Source: Patella caerulea
Taxonomy: Eukaryota
DNA length: 64,000 nucleotides
Assembly: GCA_036850965.1 (NCBI GenBank)
Contig: JAZGQO010000009.1
Span: 225,610 to 289,609 of the forward strand
Direction of reading: 5' to 3'
The position numbers and the translations under genes were made by a program. The number at the start of each line of letters is the position of its first letter. Within the stretch, counting starts at the first letter, position 1. Under the pieces are notes generated by a model. That model was not told the origin of the DNA. It saw only the letters and a program-made list of their open reading frames with translations, and ran no database searches. Shown here piece after piece: positions 36,071 through 48,569 of the stretch.

Positions 36071-37354
36071 AATGCAAACCATTTACTGTTTCATATCCGA
36101 CTAAATATTGAGGCACCAGGATTCAGCCCACTCAACACGCACCCTTCACACCTGATCCTTCAAGGGCTGTGGCATCGATTTTAGAAGTTATATCTCATTG
36201 CAATGACCACCTGAATATTTTGATGATTTGCACTAAATTGAAAAAGATGCGATGAAAACTATATGGATACTGATAAATAAATAAGTCTTATTTTTGATAA
36301 GTAGTTTAGATTTCATGCCTTAACCACTCTTATGCTCTTGACATATATATAGAGAGATGGTTAAGATGAGATGCTAACATTATATTAGGAGTTCAGGTAT
36401 ATCGACGTATGTGATATCACCCTAGATACCATCAAATTGTCAACATTTACTATTGTAACTTAACAATCCCATACATACAGACTCGACATGGAATTTATTT
36501 TAGCTAAACTAGACGAAAACAACGACTAGCTGCATGCTCAACAGTATATTATTTTTTCTCTTCGGATGTTTTTGCTGGCACTTCAAGACTGCAAAGTCGC
36601 AAATAATATCAAAGGGTGCTGTATTGATGAAATTGAAATATCTCGTCGATTCATTAAAAAAGATCAATGTGGAAGAGAATAAAGAAGTATGTATGCATAA
36701 TTGATCATTTGTAGTTGTCTCACAATATTAAGTATTAATAGATAAATTTGTGTCGTGACAAATTAGGGTAGACTTGTGATCAAGTGCTGTAATCAATTGC
36801 AACATGGATTTTTGTCCTTGTTCCTGATCTTGAGTGGATTGTTTTTTATTTACTGTGAAGTTGAGTTATGATCTCTGTAATAATTTCATACCTAGTTGTG
36901 AAACAAATTAGCCTCATTTTATTATGTACAGCTTTTTACGAAAAACGATTACCTCATAACCAGAGTATTTTCGAATAAATATTACTTCGTAACCACCCCC
37001 AACGAAACACCTAATGCCACATTAGCTTGATAACGTTGAGAGAATACTCCTTGAAACGTCGCCTAAATAAATTAGTAGCTGTTTTTCCATAAGTATGTTT
37101 TATAGTTTATTTATCTGTCAGGTTGTTAAATGCCACTTAAAGAACATAATGCCACCGGGCCCGTAACAGCTTATAAAATTTGGTGGGAGGGGTGCTACGG
37201 TTGATTTCTTCTAGCGGGGTTTTTTGTTGACTACATTTACGTACATGCCAAGGTGTACACGGGACCTTTGTTTTTCCTCCTATCAGAACAACTAGAAGCT
37301 GTTCCTTATCAGGCCAAAACAGCATAATAACTAACACCAATGGCATATCAATAG

Positions 37355-37473
37355 TGAGAGAGAGAGAGGAATGGGGTTTAACGTCCACTCAACACAAACT
37401 AGGTCATTTCGGGACTAACATATGGTTTAATTTTATTTCAATAATTCGCTTGCGCGTAGGGGTCTTTAGCAGT

Positions 37474-37504
<31 letters not shown>

Positions 37505-37645
37505 ACGAGGTTGAGAAGGCGCCCCTATCTCCATGTCACATACGCTCACACCGGGGCTCGAAACCACAGCCGCAAGCCAGAGGTGACCGGCCAGCTAGAG
37601 TTCAAAGCGCGGCACTCTAGACCACTAGGCCATCCCAACCCCCAT
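37355..37645 (-). mobile_element. SINE family A copy (head variant 2), near full length
   Basis: About 95 percent identical to 22195-22492. A (GA)n tail on the plus strand lies at 37355-37370. Confidence 0.8.
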
Positions 37646-37920
37646 ATATCAATAGTAAAGACGCTGGCTCGATAGCCGGGAGGTCTCGGGTTCACTGTCG
37701 GCATTGTTCGAAAAGTACCTCGGGATTTTCCGACACCCCTTGTCATATTGACAGTAAAGACACTGGCTCGATAGCCCGGAGGTCTCGAGGCCTGGAGTTC
37801 ACTATCGGCATTGGTCGAAAAGTTCCTCGTGTTTTTCCGGCGCCCCCTTGTCAGTGGTGCAAGCAGCATGGTCGACCAAGGGTACACGACAATCCCAGGT
37901 CGCGTGTAGACATTATTAAG
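37640..37920 (+). mobile_element. SINE family B: two tandem head units followed by the conserved box
   Basis: agtaaagac(g/a)ctggctcgatagccgggaggtctcg(g/a)g...cggcattg(t/g)tcgaaaag occurs twice, then ...ttgtcagtggtgcaagcagcatggtcgaccaagggtacacgacaatcccagg. Confidence 0.55.
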
Positions 37921-38469
37921 TTTATGCCATGATATACATTTAAATTGTAGTAAAAAAAATAACGGTTTGATCATATAAGTATGATAAACTATAACTTTCA
38001 TTCTTTTACTTCTATGATTGTATTTAGTCGCCTAAGAAGACATCATTGTTCATTGCTATGGTAGCACCGGTCACCCCCCCCCCCTACATAACACACCGCA
38101 TAGCGCACGCCCGACTTCGTTAGCCCAGTCGGTGCAGAACATATCTAATTCCCATATTATACTTCCCACATAACATAACAACAATATCAAAGCAGATTGT
38201 TTTTTTTTTTTTTGTTTTTTTTTTAAAGAATATAAATATATACATGACACGGATGTGTTTCCCATTCAATTCAAGTTCATAAAAAACATCGCAATATCTT
38301 CATTCATTGTCACGCTTTCACAAAATGTCAAATACCCTTAATGATAAAAACATCAAATGAAATAATTGTTCATGGTCGTGAGAAATGAAAAGAAGGAAAA
38401 ATTAATAAAACTTTATCACATATTTTTAGAGTGTAAATATAACAGTAAATTCATACTGTTTTCAGTTTA

Positions 38470-39660
38470 TCATGTACGAAATACACCTCGTATAGCCTTT
38501 TCTAATCGAACATCATCCCTATATCCTTCTGAATAACTTCTACGTCCATCGGAATAACTACGTCGTTGCTTTGATCTGGCAGTATAACGAGTTGGCGAAC
38601 GGTACCGCTGTCGGGAACTGTCGGGAAGTTTAGAAGAACGCAGATAATCGGCATAAACTCTTTGAGGTGGCGATGGGTATTCAATGTCTTCCATTATTGC
38701 CGATTCTACGTCATAATCGTGATATGGACTGGAGTCAAAGATCATGGGTTCTCTTCCCGGAACAAATCGCCGAGAACTGCTCCTAAAAGGATTGTGGTAA
38801 TTTGAGGCTCTGGACAGGTTGACTGACTCCATATCTTCGCTGTATCCTGTAACTGGCCTTGGGAACACTTGGCGTGGGTATCCAACACTGCGCCTCATGG
38901 GCTGTAACTCCATTGGTCTATGCTCAAATCTTGGTCTCATGATCGGAGGTAATGCCCGACCACGTGGATTTTGACCTGTTGGTGTCGCGTATAAATGATA
39001 TCCCCCATTTTCTATGGCTATTTTTACGTCTGTTCTGGGGTAAACCCCGTATGTTTCTTGGAGTTCGCGTTTTAAATCTCCTGGTATCTGATCGAAGGAT
39101 CCCGCAAAGTCTCCCGCATCCGCTAACTTTCCATATTCTAAAGTCCCATCTAAAGTGTATTGTCCAAAGCTTCTATCTGGATGCTGTAAAATTGCAGGGG
39201 AACTAAATGGAACTTGAAGCCGAGGAACTCCGCCACTTTGTATTGGTGGTAATACAGGCATTGGTTTAAAGGGAGGGGGAATAGCACCAGTCATTGACTG
39301 TCCAACATGAGGGGCGAATGGCTGGGGATTATAATGCCCCATTACAGGTTGACTTGCAAAGTTCTGAGCATTGGGTAACGGGGTTTGGTATTGCTCTTGC
39401 GCTGGCGTTTGTTGCACTTCCGTCACCGTTGCGGGTTGTTGATAAAGTTCTTGTCCGCCATAAATAGGCGGAGAGGCGTAGGTTTGTTGCATAGGGGCGT
39501 AAGAAGCCGCTGGAAGTTGTCCTTCATGATAATACGTCATCTGGGATGCGGCTTGAGCATCGGATTGTTGTGAAATGAAGCCGTCTGCCCCTCCACCGCC
39601 ATATTGTTGCTGATACACAGCTTGAAGTTCTGGAGGTAGCAAGGAATTATAAGCCATCAT
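38470..39660 (-). CDS. Intronless ORF encoding a 396-aa Gln/Pro/Tyr/Gly-rich low-complexity protein with an Arg/Ser/Tyr-rich C-terminus (hypothetical)
   Basis: The 1191-bp uninterrupted ORF starts ATGATGGCT and ends at TGA 38470-38472. Its GC content is clearly higher than the flanks. The composition is biased (QQQYGGGG..., PPPFKPMPVLPP, ...RSYSDGRRSYSEGYRDD). An ORF of this length is very unlikely by chance in AT-rich DNA. Confidence 0.5.
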   Translation of the reverse strand: MMAYNSLLPPELQAVYQQQYGGGGADGFISQQSDAQAASQMTYYHEGQLPAASYAPMQQTYASPPIYGGQELYQQPATVTEVQQTPAQEQYQTPLPNAQNFASQPVMGHYNPQPFAPHVGQSMTGAIPPPFKPMPVLPPIQSGGVPRLQVPFSSPAILQHPDRSFGQYTLDGTLEYGKLADAGDFAGSFDQIPGDLKRELQETYGVYPRTDVKIAIENGGYHLYATPTGQNPRGRALPPIMRPRFEHRPMELQPMRRSVGYPRQVFPRPVTGYSEDMESVNLSRASNYHNPFRSSSRRFVPGREPMIFDSSPYHDYDVESAIMEDIEYPSPPQRVYADYLRSSKLPDSSRQRYRSPTRYTARSKQRRSYSDGRRSYSEGYRDDVRLEKAIRGVFRT

Positions 39661-40234
39661 AAACTAAACTTTTTACACTGGTGTACTTCGATGAAATTAA
39701 TTTTATTTGACATACTACGTTCAGACATGTCGTTATTATTTCATTCGGCCATTTTGTCACGTAGTATTACTAATTATACACAGCACACTTGAAATCCATT
39801 ACAATGTCGATCGCTTAAATCCATATGTCACCTCGAAATTGCTTTTTGAGAACAATTTAAAAACAAGAACAAGAATTTTTAAAATAATATCAACACGAAC
39901 ACTTCCATACACAACAGAACATCCTGTGTATTTATAAAAAGATATTCACGATTAACGCTTGAAGATTTCGTTGCTGCCCTAACAAAGTAACCAACACAAG
40001 TCATTTTTTTCCATTGTTACGCTGATATTTCATTGAGAACTATTAGCTATATACTACACTTATGGTGTATGTACAGTTTGCCAGTGGTATATACTTATAC
40101 AAACACACAAAACATTCACTCACCTTTTTAAATTACAATAGATTTTATTGTTATGCCATTGTTGTTGAATGGCCCATATAAATATCAATGACAATGCACC
40201 TTCGAGATAAAGGCGATCAAGTTTGTGTTCACGT

Positions 40235-40400
40235 ATGTATTAATGTCTTATTTCTTACTGATTTAAGAGGGCGATTTGTTGCTGTTTCTGTTTTAATTTA
40301 GCCAAGGCAGCGGGAAAGGCAATACACTGTGATATTGAATCACAGTTATTTAATTTGAAACTTTGCTAAATATATCAACCCCTGTCTTAATACATGAAAG
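40235..40400 (+). repeat. Dispersed repeat family Y copy
   Basis: Aligns with 35885-36070. Confidence 0.5.
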
Positions 40401-40924
40401 TCTCAATTCGAATTCACGCCAGACTATTGTGTGTACTAGGGGAGACCAACCATTGGACTTGAAAGCTGAAATCATCGGTATACAAACAAGATTAAGCAAT
40501 TGACAATGATGGTGAATTAATTCCGGCTGAAAGTCAACCAAATTTTTTCCGGAGTAAAGGAATTAGCCCAACGCTTAAACTTCTTCTGCAAGATAACTAT
40601 CGTTTGTACCTGTGAGTCTGTCACACCCAGCATCTATTCATCATCAAATTAATTACAATCGCAGTTACAAAGATTAAAAATACCCCAACAATATCCAGGG
40701 AATTTCCTCATGTTAAGCTATTTGAATATGTCATCGATTATTTCAACACCAATATATTTTAAAGCCCTTTTGTTCAATAGCGGAGAGAAGTAAGGCTGCC
40801 GATATATAAGTTGCTTGTTGTGTGATGTGTGTAAACTGGAGCCTTAACATGTACTATTGGAGAGAAAATTTTCCGACGTTTCTGTCTGCTCTTCGTGGAA
40901 TTCAAGCTCACATGGGTTCTTTTA

Positions 40925-41155
40925 TGCGAATGCCAATTGTACATGGGATGCCCAGTGTGCTATGAGAGAAATTTTGCCCGGGCAGCAGTATATTGAATTC
41001 CAACTGGCAAAGGATTTTTTATGTGCACGCCAATATATACACGGGTCCTCGGTTTTTCGTATCATCCTATGAAATTTCTGGGCCAGTGAAGGGATCGAAC
41101 ACCGATCTCCAGGCTAGCGAGTCACAGTGCTTTACTCCGTGTCCTGTACTACACT
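40925..41155 (-). mobile_element. SINE family B copy
   Basis: The reverse complement contains the tRNA-like head (cacggagtaaagcactgtgactcgctagcctggagatcggtgttcgatccc...) and the box ...cgaaaaaccgaggacccgtgtat. Confidence 0.55.
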
Positions 41156-43074
41156 GATATGGGGAAACCATACTAAAAAATCTCGCATGCTATAGATATT
41201 CCTAACTCGAAACAATGAAAGATTTATCAAGTCTCTTTGAAGAAATGCACGGACAATAGATACGTTATCAGGGCAATTATCAATAAGATGTCAAGAGCTT
41301 ATTTACAAATTATATGTTGTTGTAAATGGGAGATTTTAAGTCTACTTCCACCATCCGTCAATATCGCAGATAATGTCTAGATATTATTTGTTTTTTTCTC
41401 ACTCATTCACGGCTGTGGGCGTATTATCCTTTCTTCTGGCTCCATTCCGGGCATGTTGAGAAAATATTTTCACACTTACTCGGATTTTAAAAATGAAGTC
41501 TTAAAGAAATCATAGTGAAGTTGATCTGGAAGCCATTTTGGAAGTCTATATAGAAATACAACGTGAAGTCAAGAACTAACCAGAACTGTGATACATCAAA
41601 TTCGATAATGTTGCGTATTGTTTTGGGTGCCATTCTGTAGAATAGTGTAACCCAGGGCTGATTTTGGTTTTTGGTGACCAGGATTAATAGTGCCACTTGA
41701 TATATTGAGCCGTGTTTTACCTCTTCCATTAATGTAGCAGAGAAAACCTTGCAGTTTGGTTTGGGTAACTTGTGACCAGAGCCAGCACCTTATACACTGA
41801 GACACTTTACTTGTAGAATGTGTAAGAATATCTGGCAAAGTAAGCTCACTGCCCCACAACCCCTCATTACTAAAGAAACAAATATTCATGACAAAAAATT
41901 TACAACATATTTTATATTCCATAGAATATCACAGATTGTATACAATAAGATACTATAAATAAATATATATAGCAATTATAAATCCATTACACAGCAGTTA
42001 TTTTTAATGCTAATTAATGAATGCTTTAAAACTGGAAGGTCTGCCAGCAGTAACAATAAACATATTTGACCTTACAGAAATAAAAAATATTTAATCAAAA
42101 TTCAATTTCCAGCAGCAAAATTTTTTAATACTGATAAAATAGATTAGTGCTAAATGATAAGGTCAACTCAAGTTTTTGATCATAGGTCACAGAATGTAAA
42201 CAGGACTAGTGCTATTCCAAACCCTAACCCTTGATCTAGCCTGATGTTTACCCTAACTTTAACCTACAACCTCCACAACAATCACCGGCTGTGACCCAGT
42301 TTACATCTCAGTGACCTTGACAATAATTGAGCTGGCCTTAACAAATAGATTTAGCTGATAAAATAGAAACATTATCACAATATGTGGCTGGTAAATCTGA
42401 CAAAATATCAAAAATACCAAAAGCAGAATCATTTGGAGGTATATATCTTCAAACACTGGTCATTATTTGTAATATAACACAGTGGTCTCTGTTTAATATT
42501 TATTATGTAGTTTACTTTACCACACAAACTATATAACATAATAAAACAGCAGCACATCTTAAATTACCATTTCATTGTGCTAAAATATGAAATGAAATCA
42601 TTCTTTAATGCTGGTTTGCCATTATATTAATTAATGGTGCAAGCATTTGCTAATCATACATTATTTATAGAAGATGAAATCCAAGAGTGTGACCAATGAA
42701 CTTCTTACTGAAAGTACTGTTGATGGGTGGAAGAATCCCTGTACAGTGCCGGCAAGATCCGATATCAGTGATACGGTCGGTCCCCAGTGAATAGGTTGGG
42801 GATCAAAAGTAACATAATAAAGTAAAGGAAATATTTCCCCCCAAGATGTTGGTCAAGTGATGATTTCATAAATGAACATGCATGATAGTGTAATCTTTAT
42901 TTTAAGTTGTTAAAAAGCTGAAGCTATAGATATTGTATAATATTTGGATACAACCCTCAGACTAACATCCTCGTGTAGTATCAATATATTAATGATCTTG
43001 TTCTCTACCTATAAACCACACTTACACAAACTGGATTTAGTGAAAATTATTTAACAGTCAAGTGAAGAAGTTTA

Positions 43075-43244
43075 TTAATGTTCAACTTGTACTAAAGCAG
43101 GGAAAGTTCTCATTCTTAGTCTCTCCACTTCAGCACGTAACACTGCCACTTCTTGGGCCTGGGCTTTAGCTAAATCAACTAATTTTCTCCTTTGTATTAT
43201 TTCTTGGTATCGTTTTTCAGCTCCTGTATCTAATCTTCTTTCAG
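43075..43244 (-). CDS. CFAP43/44-like terminal coding exon (includes the stop)
   Basis: Acceptor tttgtttcag|CTGAAAGA. Translation (A)ERRLDTGAEKRYQEIIQRRKLVDLAKAQAQEVAVLRAEVERLRMRTFPALVQVEH, then TAA. Confidence 0.7.
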
Positions 43245-44004
43245 CTGAAACAAAAACAATGAACATGGAATCATTAATGACCTTCTTGTTGACCCTTTTC
43301 TTTTTAATATTTATCTATATAGATAAATATAATGAAATGGCAATCTAATAAAAATAACAGATCCTATTTCGTTTTGTTTTTTATTGTTCAAAATTATCTT
43401 TTACTTGTCTTCACAATACTTTGATCTAGTTGATATGCGGGATTAGCCAAAGAAACGGTCTGTTAAGGTCTTGGTCTGCGATTAACAAAACTGTGGGTAA
43501 ACACCTAGAAAGTCAATGCTGATTGATTAATCAATATCTGATGTCACAGCACCTCATATGAACCCTGACATGACCTTCCACTACAACTGGTCAGATCTTC
43601 ATGCAGTGTAGACCATCGAAAGTATTAAAAAAAAAAACCAAAAAACGAAATATAGATCTGTATTTTAATCAGATGGTAAAAATGGAGTTTACTTCTCCAC
43701 ATCAATAAAGGTACACATCATGCAGTATGCTCTGAGTGGAATTTAAGCCTGCTCTTTTTCGATTCCAACTGTCCAAGAATCTTTTAAGGAACTGTCAACT
43801 GTATAAACTGGTGCATGACTTTCATTTTTTGTATCACCTAAAAACTACGACGCATTTGCGTTTATTTGCCAGGCCCTTCACCTTAGACATGGGCAATCCA
43901 CACAGCAAACAAGTGCATCTAAACAGGTTCCTTCTAGGTCGTGAGCCAAGGAAGCTTCCTACCCCCATCTATATAATATATTGTAGAAATAATATTTATC
44001 TTAC

Positions 44005-44158
44005 CATTAACATCATCAATATGTTTTCTCTCATTCACAGATACGATAAATTCTTTTAATTCTCCATCTAATTCATGATTTATTGTTTCTTTCTGACGTA
44101 TTTGTCTGTTTAACTCTCGTAATGTTTTCTGTCTATCACCAATATTCTTCTCGTGATG
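44005..44158 (-). CDS. CFAP43/44-like exon (coiled coil)
   Basis: Acceptor ttgtatttcag|CATCACGAG. Translation HHEKNIGDRQKTLRELNRQIRQKETINHELDGELKEFIVSVNERKHIDDVN. Donor AATG|gtaagata. Confidence 0.65.
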
Positions 44159-44454
44159 CTGAAATACAAATATATTATTTCAGAACATAAATATGGTATA
44201 CTTTTATTTTGATAATATTTTAAGAGGGAGGAGAAATTCCAAGTGATCAGATTGATGACCATAACACAAGTTACAAGTTGGGATTTAGTGATGTGGGGGG
44301 TGGGGGGAGGGTTAACTTTGAATATTGTGACTTAAATGTGCTGAAAGTTCACATCAATATGGTTAATTAAATATTCATCATGACAACCCATAAAATCGAG
44401 TTATTGATTGTGTTCCTTATTCACTGGGAAGTTTGAAAATTTCTGGGAAAAGAA

Positions 44455-44640
44455 TGGACAGATTGAGCCAATGTGTACACAGGTCCTCATTTTTTCCAAA
44501 ACCGTACCATCCAAACAACTTGTCAGGCCTCACTGGATGAACTTTCTCGGCCAAGACAGGGATTGAACACCCAACCTCCCGGATAGTGAGCCAGTGTCTT
44601 ACCCACTTGGCCCTGGTGACCTCCAGGATATTAAGGTACA
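44455..44640 (-). mobile_element. SINE family B copy (intronic)
   Basis: The reverse complement gives the tRNA-like head ggaggtcaccagggccaagtgggtaagacactggctcactatccgggaggttgggtgttcaatccctg... plus the box. Confidence 0.6.
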
Positions 44641-44781
44641 CAGATATTTCAAAGCCAAGCAAACCTAACAACTGAAGACAGAATAGATCTATTTTATTTC
44701 AGAAGTTCCATGGTCAAATTTACAAAACAAAATAAAATAAAATAAAAGAGTTTTTGGTACATTTGTTACAAAATTCCATAC

Positions 44782-44862
44782 CTTTTTAAGGAGAGCTAAA
44801 GTTTGTTCTAATATTGAAATATCTTGTGACTTTTTAGCATCATAATTTGTTTCATTCAAAAA
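44782..44862 (-). CDS. CFAP43/44-like exon
   Basis: Acceptor tctttttcag|TTTTTGAATG. Translation FLNETNYDAKKSQDISILEQTLALLKK. Donor AAG|gtatgg. Confidence 0.65.
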
Positions 44863-45156
44863 CTGAAAAAGACAAAAATAGAACACATTTCTTTACTCAT
44901 GATCACATTCAGTTGATTACCAAAATTATTCCAGATTTACATTCAAGATTTACAACTTTTATTGTAGAAATAAAGATTTGTTTCTTCCAGGTTTCCAAAT
45001 TAACTCTTTGAACATTAGAGGCCATATTGCCAGCCCTGACACAATATGATTCACCTATGTTGTTTTTGGTCCAAGAAAGCTAGTGTATTGACTGTGAAAT
45101 TCAGTTGTCACAGACATTTTCTTAAAGAATATTATAAGAATTGGGAGAAGACTTAC

Positions 45157-45247
45157 TGCTTGTATTTCTCGAGTAACTTTCATAAATTGTATATCTTTCA
45201 TCTTATTCTGTAAATCATCCATCTCCATTAACATTCTCTTATGTTCC
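45157..45247 (-). CDS. CFAP43/44-like exon
   Basis: Acceptor ttttgcag|GGAACAT. Translation (W)EHKRMLMEMDDLQNKMKDIQFMKVTREIQA. Donor GCA|gtaagt. Confidence 0.65.
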
Positions 45248-45269
45248 CTGCAAAATCATACATTAAATA

Positions 45270-45440
45270 TATGAACACTGTGTAAACTCATACATTAAAT
45301 ATATAAACCCTGTGTAAACTCATACATTAACTTATGTTAATACTGTGTAAATTCATACATTAATTATGTTAATATTGAAAATTATACATTAAATATATTA
45401 ACACTGAGTAAAATTATACATTAAATATGTTTAAACAAAA
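45270..45440. repeat. Intronic minisatellite (about 30-bp unit x5: (c)tcatacattaa(a/t)tat(a/g)t(a/t)aa(c/t)actgtgtaaa)
   Basis: Five imperfect head-to-tail copies. Confidence 0.6.
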
Positions 45441-45458
45441 TACAGCAAAATAACTCAC

Positions 45459-45532
45459 CATTCAGACAAAATAATTCCTTTTCTAAAATCTTTACTTTCC
45501 TGCATACTCTTTATTTTATTGCTTCCAAAATT
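45459..45532 (-). CDS. CFAP43/44-like exon
   Basis: Acceptor ttttgtag|AATTTTGG. Translation NFGSNKIKSMQESKDFRKGIILSE. Donor GAATG|gtgagt. Confidence 0.6.
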
Positions 45533-45895
45533 CTACAAAACACAGAAAATAATTGCATAATAAAGTAATGGTCCAACAGTAGCTGTGGAGGCAATGGTCT
45601 CTTCTTGAACATTATGTCAGGAGCTCCAGCTGTGATATAGCTGTAAGGACACTTAATCCTCCTTGAACTATAACAGGAGCTCCAACAGTGGTCTAGCAGT
45701 ATTGTCAAAGCATTGCATTGACACGATTATTTAAAACCCTATATTCCTATCATGTATTAATGAGATGCTTAGCCCCTATTTCATTCCTCAAATTTCATTT
45801 GTAACCTCAAATTTCACTGTTTCTCAGAGATATAATATGGCATATTCTTTATATTTTGTATTATTCTATTTTCACAAGATGATATAAAACTCTAC

Positions 45896-46055
45896 CTGTA
45901 TTTCTTCATTAAGTTTTTCCACGTCACTACGATCTATTAAAGCACTATGTTTATAATCATGTACAAATCGACCGGCATCAACCTCTACTTGACCTTGTTT
46001 TAATAATAGTTGAACCTCTAAGTTTATTATAAACCTTTGACGATCTTCTTTTAGT
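45896..46055 (-). CDS. CFAP43/44-like exon (coiled coil)
   Basis: Acceptor ttttttacctag|ACTAAAAG. Translation (K)LKEDRQRFIINLEVQLLLKQGQVEVDAGRFVHDYKHSALIDRSDVEKLNEEIQ. Donor CAG|gtagag. Confidence 0.65.
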
Positions 46056-46307
46056 CTAGGTAAAAAATAGAAATTTATATCATTATTATTGAATATTTCA
46101 ATGAATGCAGAATAAAACAGAGAGAGAAAGAGAAGTGAATTTTAACGTCCACTCGTCACAAACTAGGTCATTTCGTAGAGGTCTTTAACAGTATAGTTGT
46201 TTGGATGGGATAAAAAAAACCAAGGACACATTGCCGGTTTGAATTCAATATTAGAGTAGGCAATAGTAGCACTGTGCAGGGAAGAGAACTTCATATGAGA
46301 TACATAC

Positions 46308-46420
46308 TTGCTGATTTGCTGCATGATGTCTTCTATTTCATTTCGTAATGAATCATCTTCTTCCTGTCGTTTCTGGAGGAAGGCGTTCATCTCTGCTAAG
46401 GTTAATGCCTTAGTTTTAAC
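46308..46420 (-). CDS. CFAP43/44-like exon (coiled coil)
   Basis: Acceptor tatcaacag|GTTAAAAC. Translation VKTKALTLAEMNAFLQKRQEEDDSLRNEIEDIMQQIS. Donor GCAA|gtatgt. Confidence 0.65.
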
Positions 46421-46479
46421 CTGTTGATAAAATAATCATCACAATGATATTAAAAATTCACAAAATACATTCAATAAAG

Positions 46480-46725
46480 GGATAGAGAAAAATGGGGTTT
46501 AACATCTAATGGAGGACACAAACTAGGTCTTTTCGGGACTAACACATGGTTCAATTTTATTTCAATAATTCGCAGTGAGAGAAAGCTAGATGACCTGGAG
46601 ACAACCAGTGAAGTTGGATGGCAACCCAACTCCTTGTCAAGTACAAAACAGGAATCAAACCCACACCATTTGACTCAATGACAGAACTTGTCATCCAATC
46701 CACGTGTTAACCATTCGATCAGCTA
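46480..46725 (-). mobile_element. SINE family A copy, diverged (intronic)
   Basis: agagaaaaatggggtttaacatctaatggaggacacaaactaggtcttttcgggactaacacatggttcaattttatttcaataattcgc...ccatttgactcaatgacagaac. Confidence 0.65.
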
Positions 46726-47582
46726 ATAAATATCGCTTTCAATTATTAAACTTTTGAAAGTTAATAGGGTTTTTCTTTTTTAATAGTTATGCCTTAAAGC
46801 AGTGCTTCTCAACGGGGGTAAATGTGCACACCCAGGGGTGAATTCGAAATGCTTGGGGGTTGAGATTTGGAAAAAGGGGGAATTGGGTGGGGAGAAATTA
46901 TACACAAAGGGGTGAATTTTGTGAATAGGGGGAATTTGCATGAATTGAGTTTTCAGACTACTGAACGGGAGCCATCAGTCAGAATGTTACTGACCGGTGA
47001 CCACAAACTGTTGATTGTCCTGAAAGTGGGTAACCTATTCTCAAATCAATGGGAAATAGACTATAGGCAGCTAGGTAAGATAGATCGTTGATCGCTTAGT
47101 TTAAGACCCTTGTTCAAAAACACTAAGCACACGGTGCTCACTAAACAATGATCATAACATCTCCATTGTGCATTTAATGTGTAAATCCATGGCATCTGTT
47201 CATTAAATATGTGTTTGAAACGATACCTAGCTAATTAGCATGTATCAATTTTTAGTTTTTAGTAATTTAGTGTTTTATAGAGCCAGGGGTGACTAACGGA
47301 GAAAATATTTCTCAAGTTGGGAATTGTATCATAGAGATTGAGAAGCACTGCCTTAAAGGATCCATCTCATAAATAATTTAGTAAATCAAATGGTTTAATT
47401 CTATCTGAAGTTCTGTGGTACTTTTTAGAATAATACAAACACAAGTTTTTCATGAGCCAAAACACAGCCACCAGGGCAAAATTCTCAATGAATTACGGTG
47501 CAGGTACATTGGTTATTAGTCCAGTTAATGCCGAAAAATAGGAAATTATACTCATTTCATTGAAAAATTTGAATCAACATAC

Positions 47583-47808
47583 CAATTGTTCACTTTCTAT
47601 TTTTTCACGTCTGTAAGTACACAATCTGTCCCAAATGTGTAATTCTAATCCTTCTGGCATATTAGATGGTTTGTCAAGCTCATCTATAGCTAATGCCATA
47701 GATGCTTTACTCTGTGAATTCAGTCGAGCTGTGGATGGTCTTTCGGCGAACGGATTTGGGCCTGTGGCATCCAGGACTGGTGTATCAGCACCTTTAAACT
47801 TTTGACCT
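47583..47808 (-). CDS. CFAP43/44-like exon
   Basis: Acceptor ctctaatttag|AGGTCAAAAG. Translation (R)GQKFKGADTPVLDATGPNPFAERPSTARLNSQSKASMALAIDELDKPSNMPEGLELHIWDRLCTYRREKIESEQL. Donor TTG|gtatgt. Confidence 0.65.
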
Positions 47809-48234
47809 CTAAATTAGAGAAAAAGGTTTTTTGAAAAAAACTGCTTTAGTAATTAATAATATCCCTCGCAAACTTTTTAATTCAATTATTTTCCATCACA
47901 TAGGAGTTTTCTAGCAGTACATGGAAAATGGGAGAATCCAGAGAAAACCCACAAGGTTAGGCAGGTGATCTTACGTACCAGACAATTCGGCCACCCAAGG
48001 CCAGAGAAAGATAACTCCATCTGAAGCAGGGTATGTATACCTACAGACTACTACTAAAAATGTTGATAAATGATAAAGAGTTTATAGTAGAATATTTTGT
48101 TCCAGTCTACCTTGCGGATTAATAGTTAAATTTTGTAAAAAAAAAAAACCTAAAACATTTCAATTTACTAGAAGAAATAAACAATTCATAGAACTTTATC
48201 CCCAAACTTGCTAAAATAAAGAACAGTATAGTAC

Positions 48235-48410
48235 CTTGGTCTCTTTTTGAATAATTTAAATAAAATGTCTGCCATGACTGCCGATACATCGTTAAATTCT
48301 CTTCTAAATGTTTTATCCATGAGTTTATCTTCTGCCAACAGTCGGTCATAATCGTCACGGAACCTTTCAACACTTTTACGGGACTCAGAAACAGCTTCTG
48401 TACTCAACAA
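48235..48410 (-). CDS. CFAP43/44-like exon (coiled coil)
   Basis: Acceptor ttcatctttag|TTGTTGAG. Translation LLSTEAVSESRKSVERFRDDYDRLLAEDKLMDKTFRREFNDVSAVMADILFKLFKKRP. Donor CCAAG|gtacta. Confidence 0.65.
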
Positions 48411-48569
48411 CTAAAGATGAAAATACAATAACAAAAACATGGTTAATGATGGCTAATTGTAGACATGCCACAGCTTGATCAAGACTAGATATTCTAGTCG
48501 AAATATCGCTCAGTAATAAACAGAAATTTTATTTCAAGTGTATTCAAGTACCACGTCCACATTGTACAG

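Noticed and set aside
37546-38001. 151-aa minus-strand ORF 37546..38001
   Set aside because: It lies entirely within the tandem SINE-B units and the SINE-A copy. It is repeat-derived.
45511-45708. ORF 45511..45708 (minus) as an exon of the CFAP-like gene
   Set aside because: It is not coiled-coil-like. The true exon is the short 45459-45532 segment bounded by AG/GT with correct phase. The rest is intronic.
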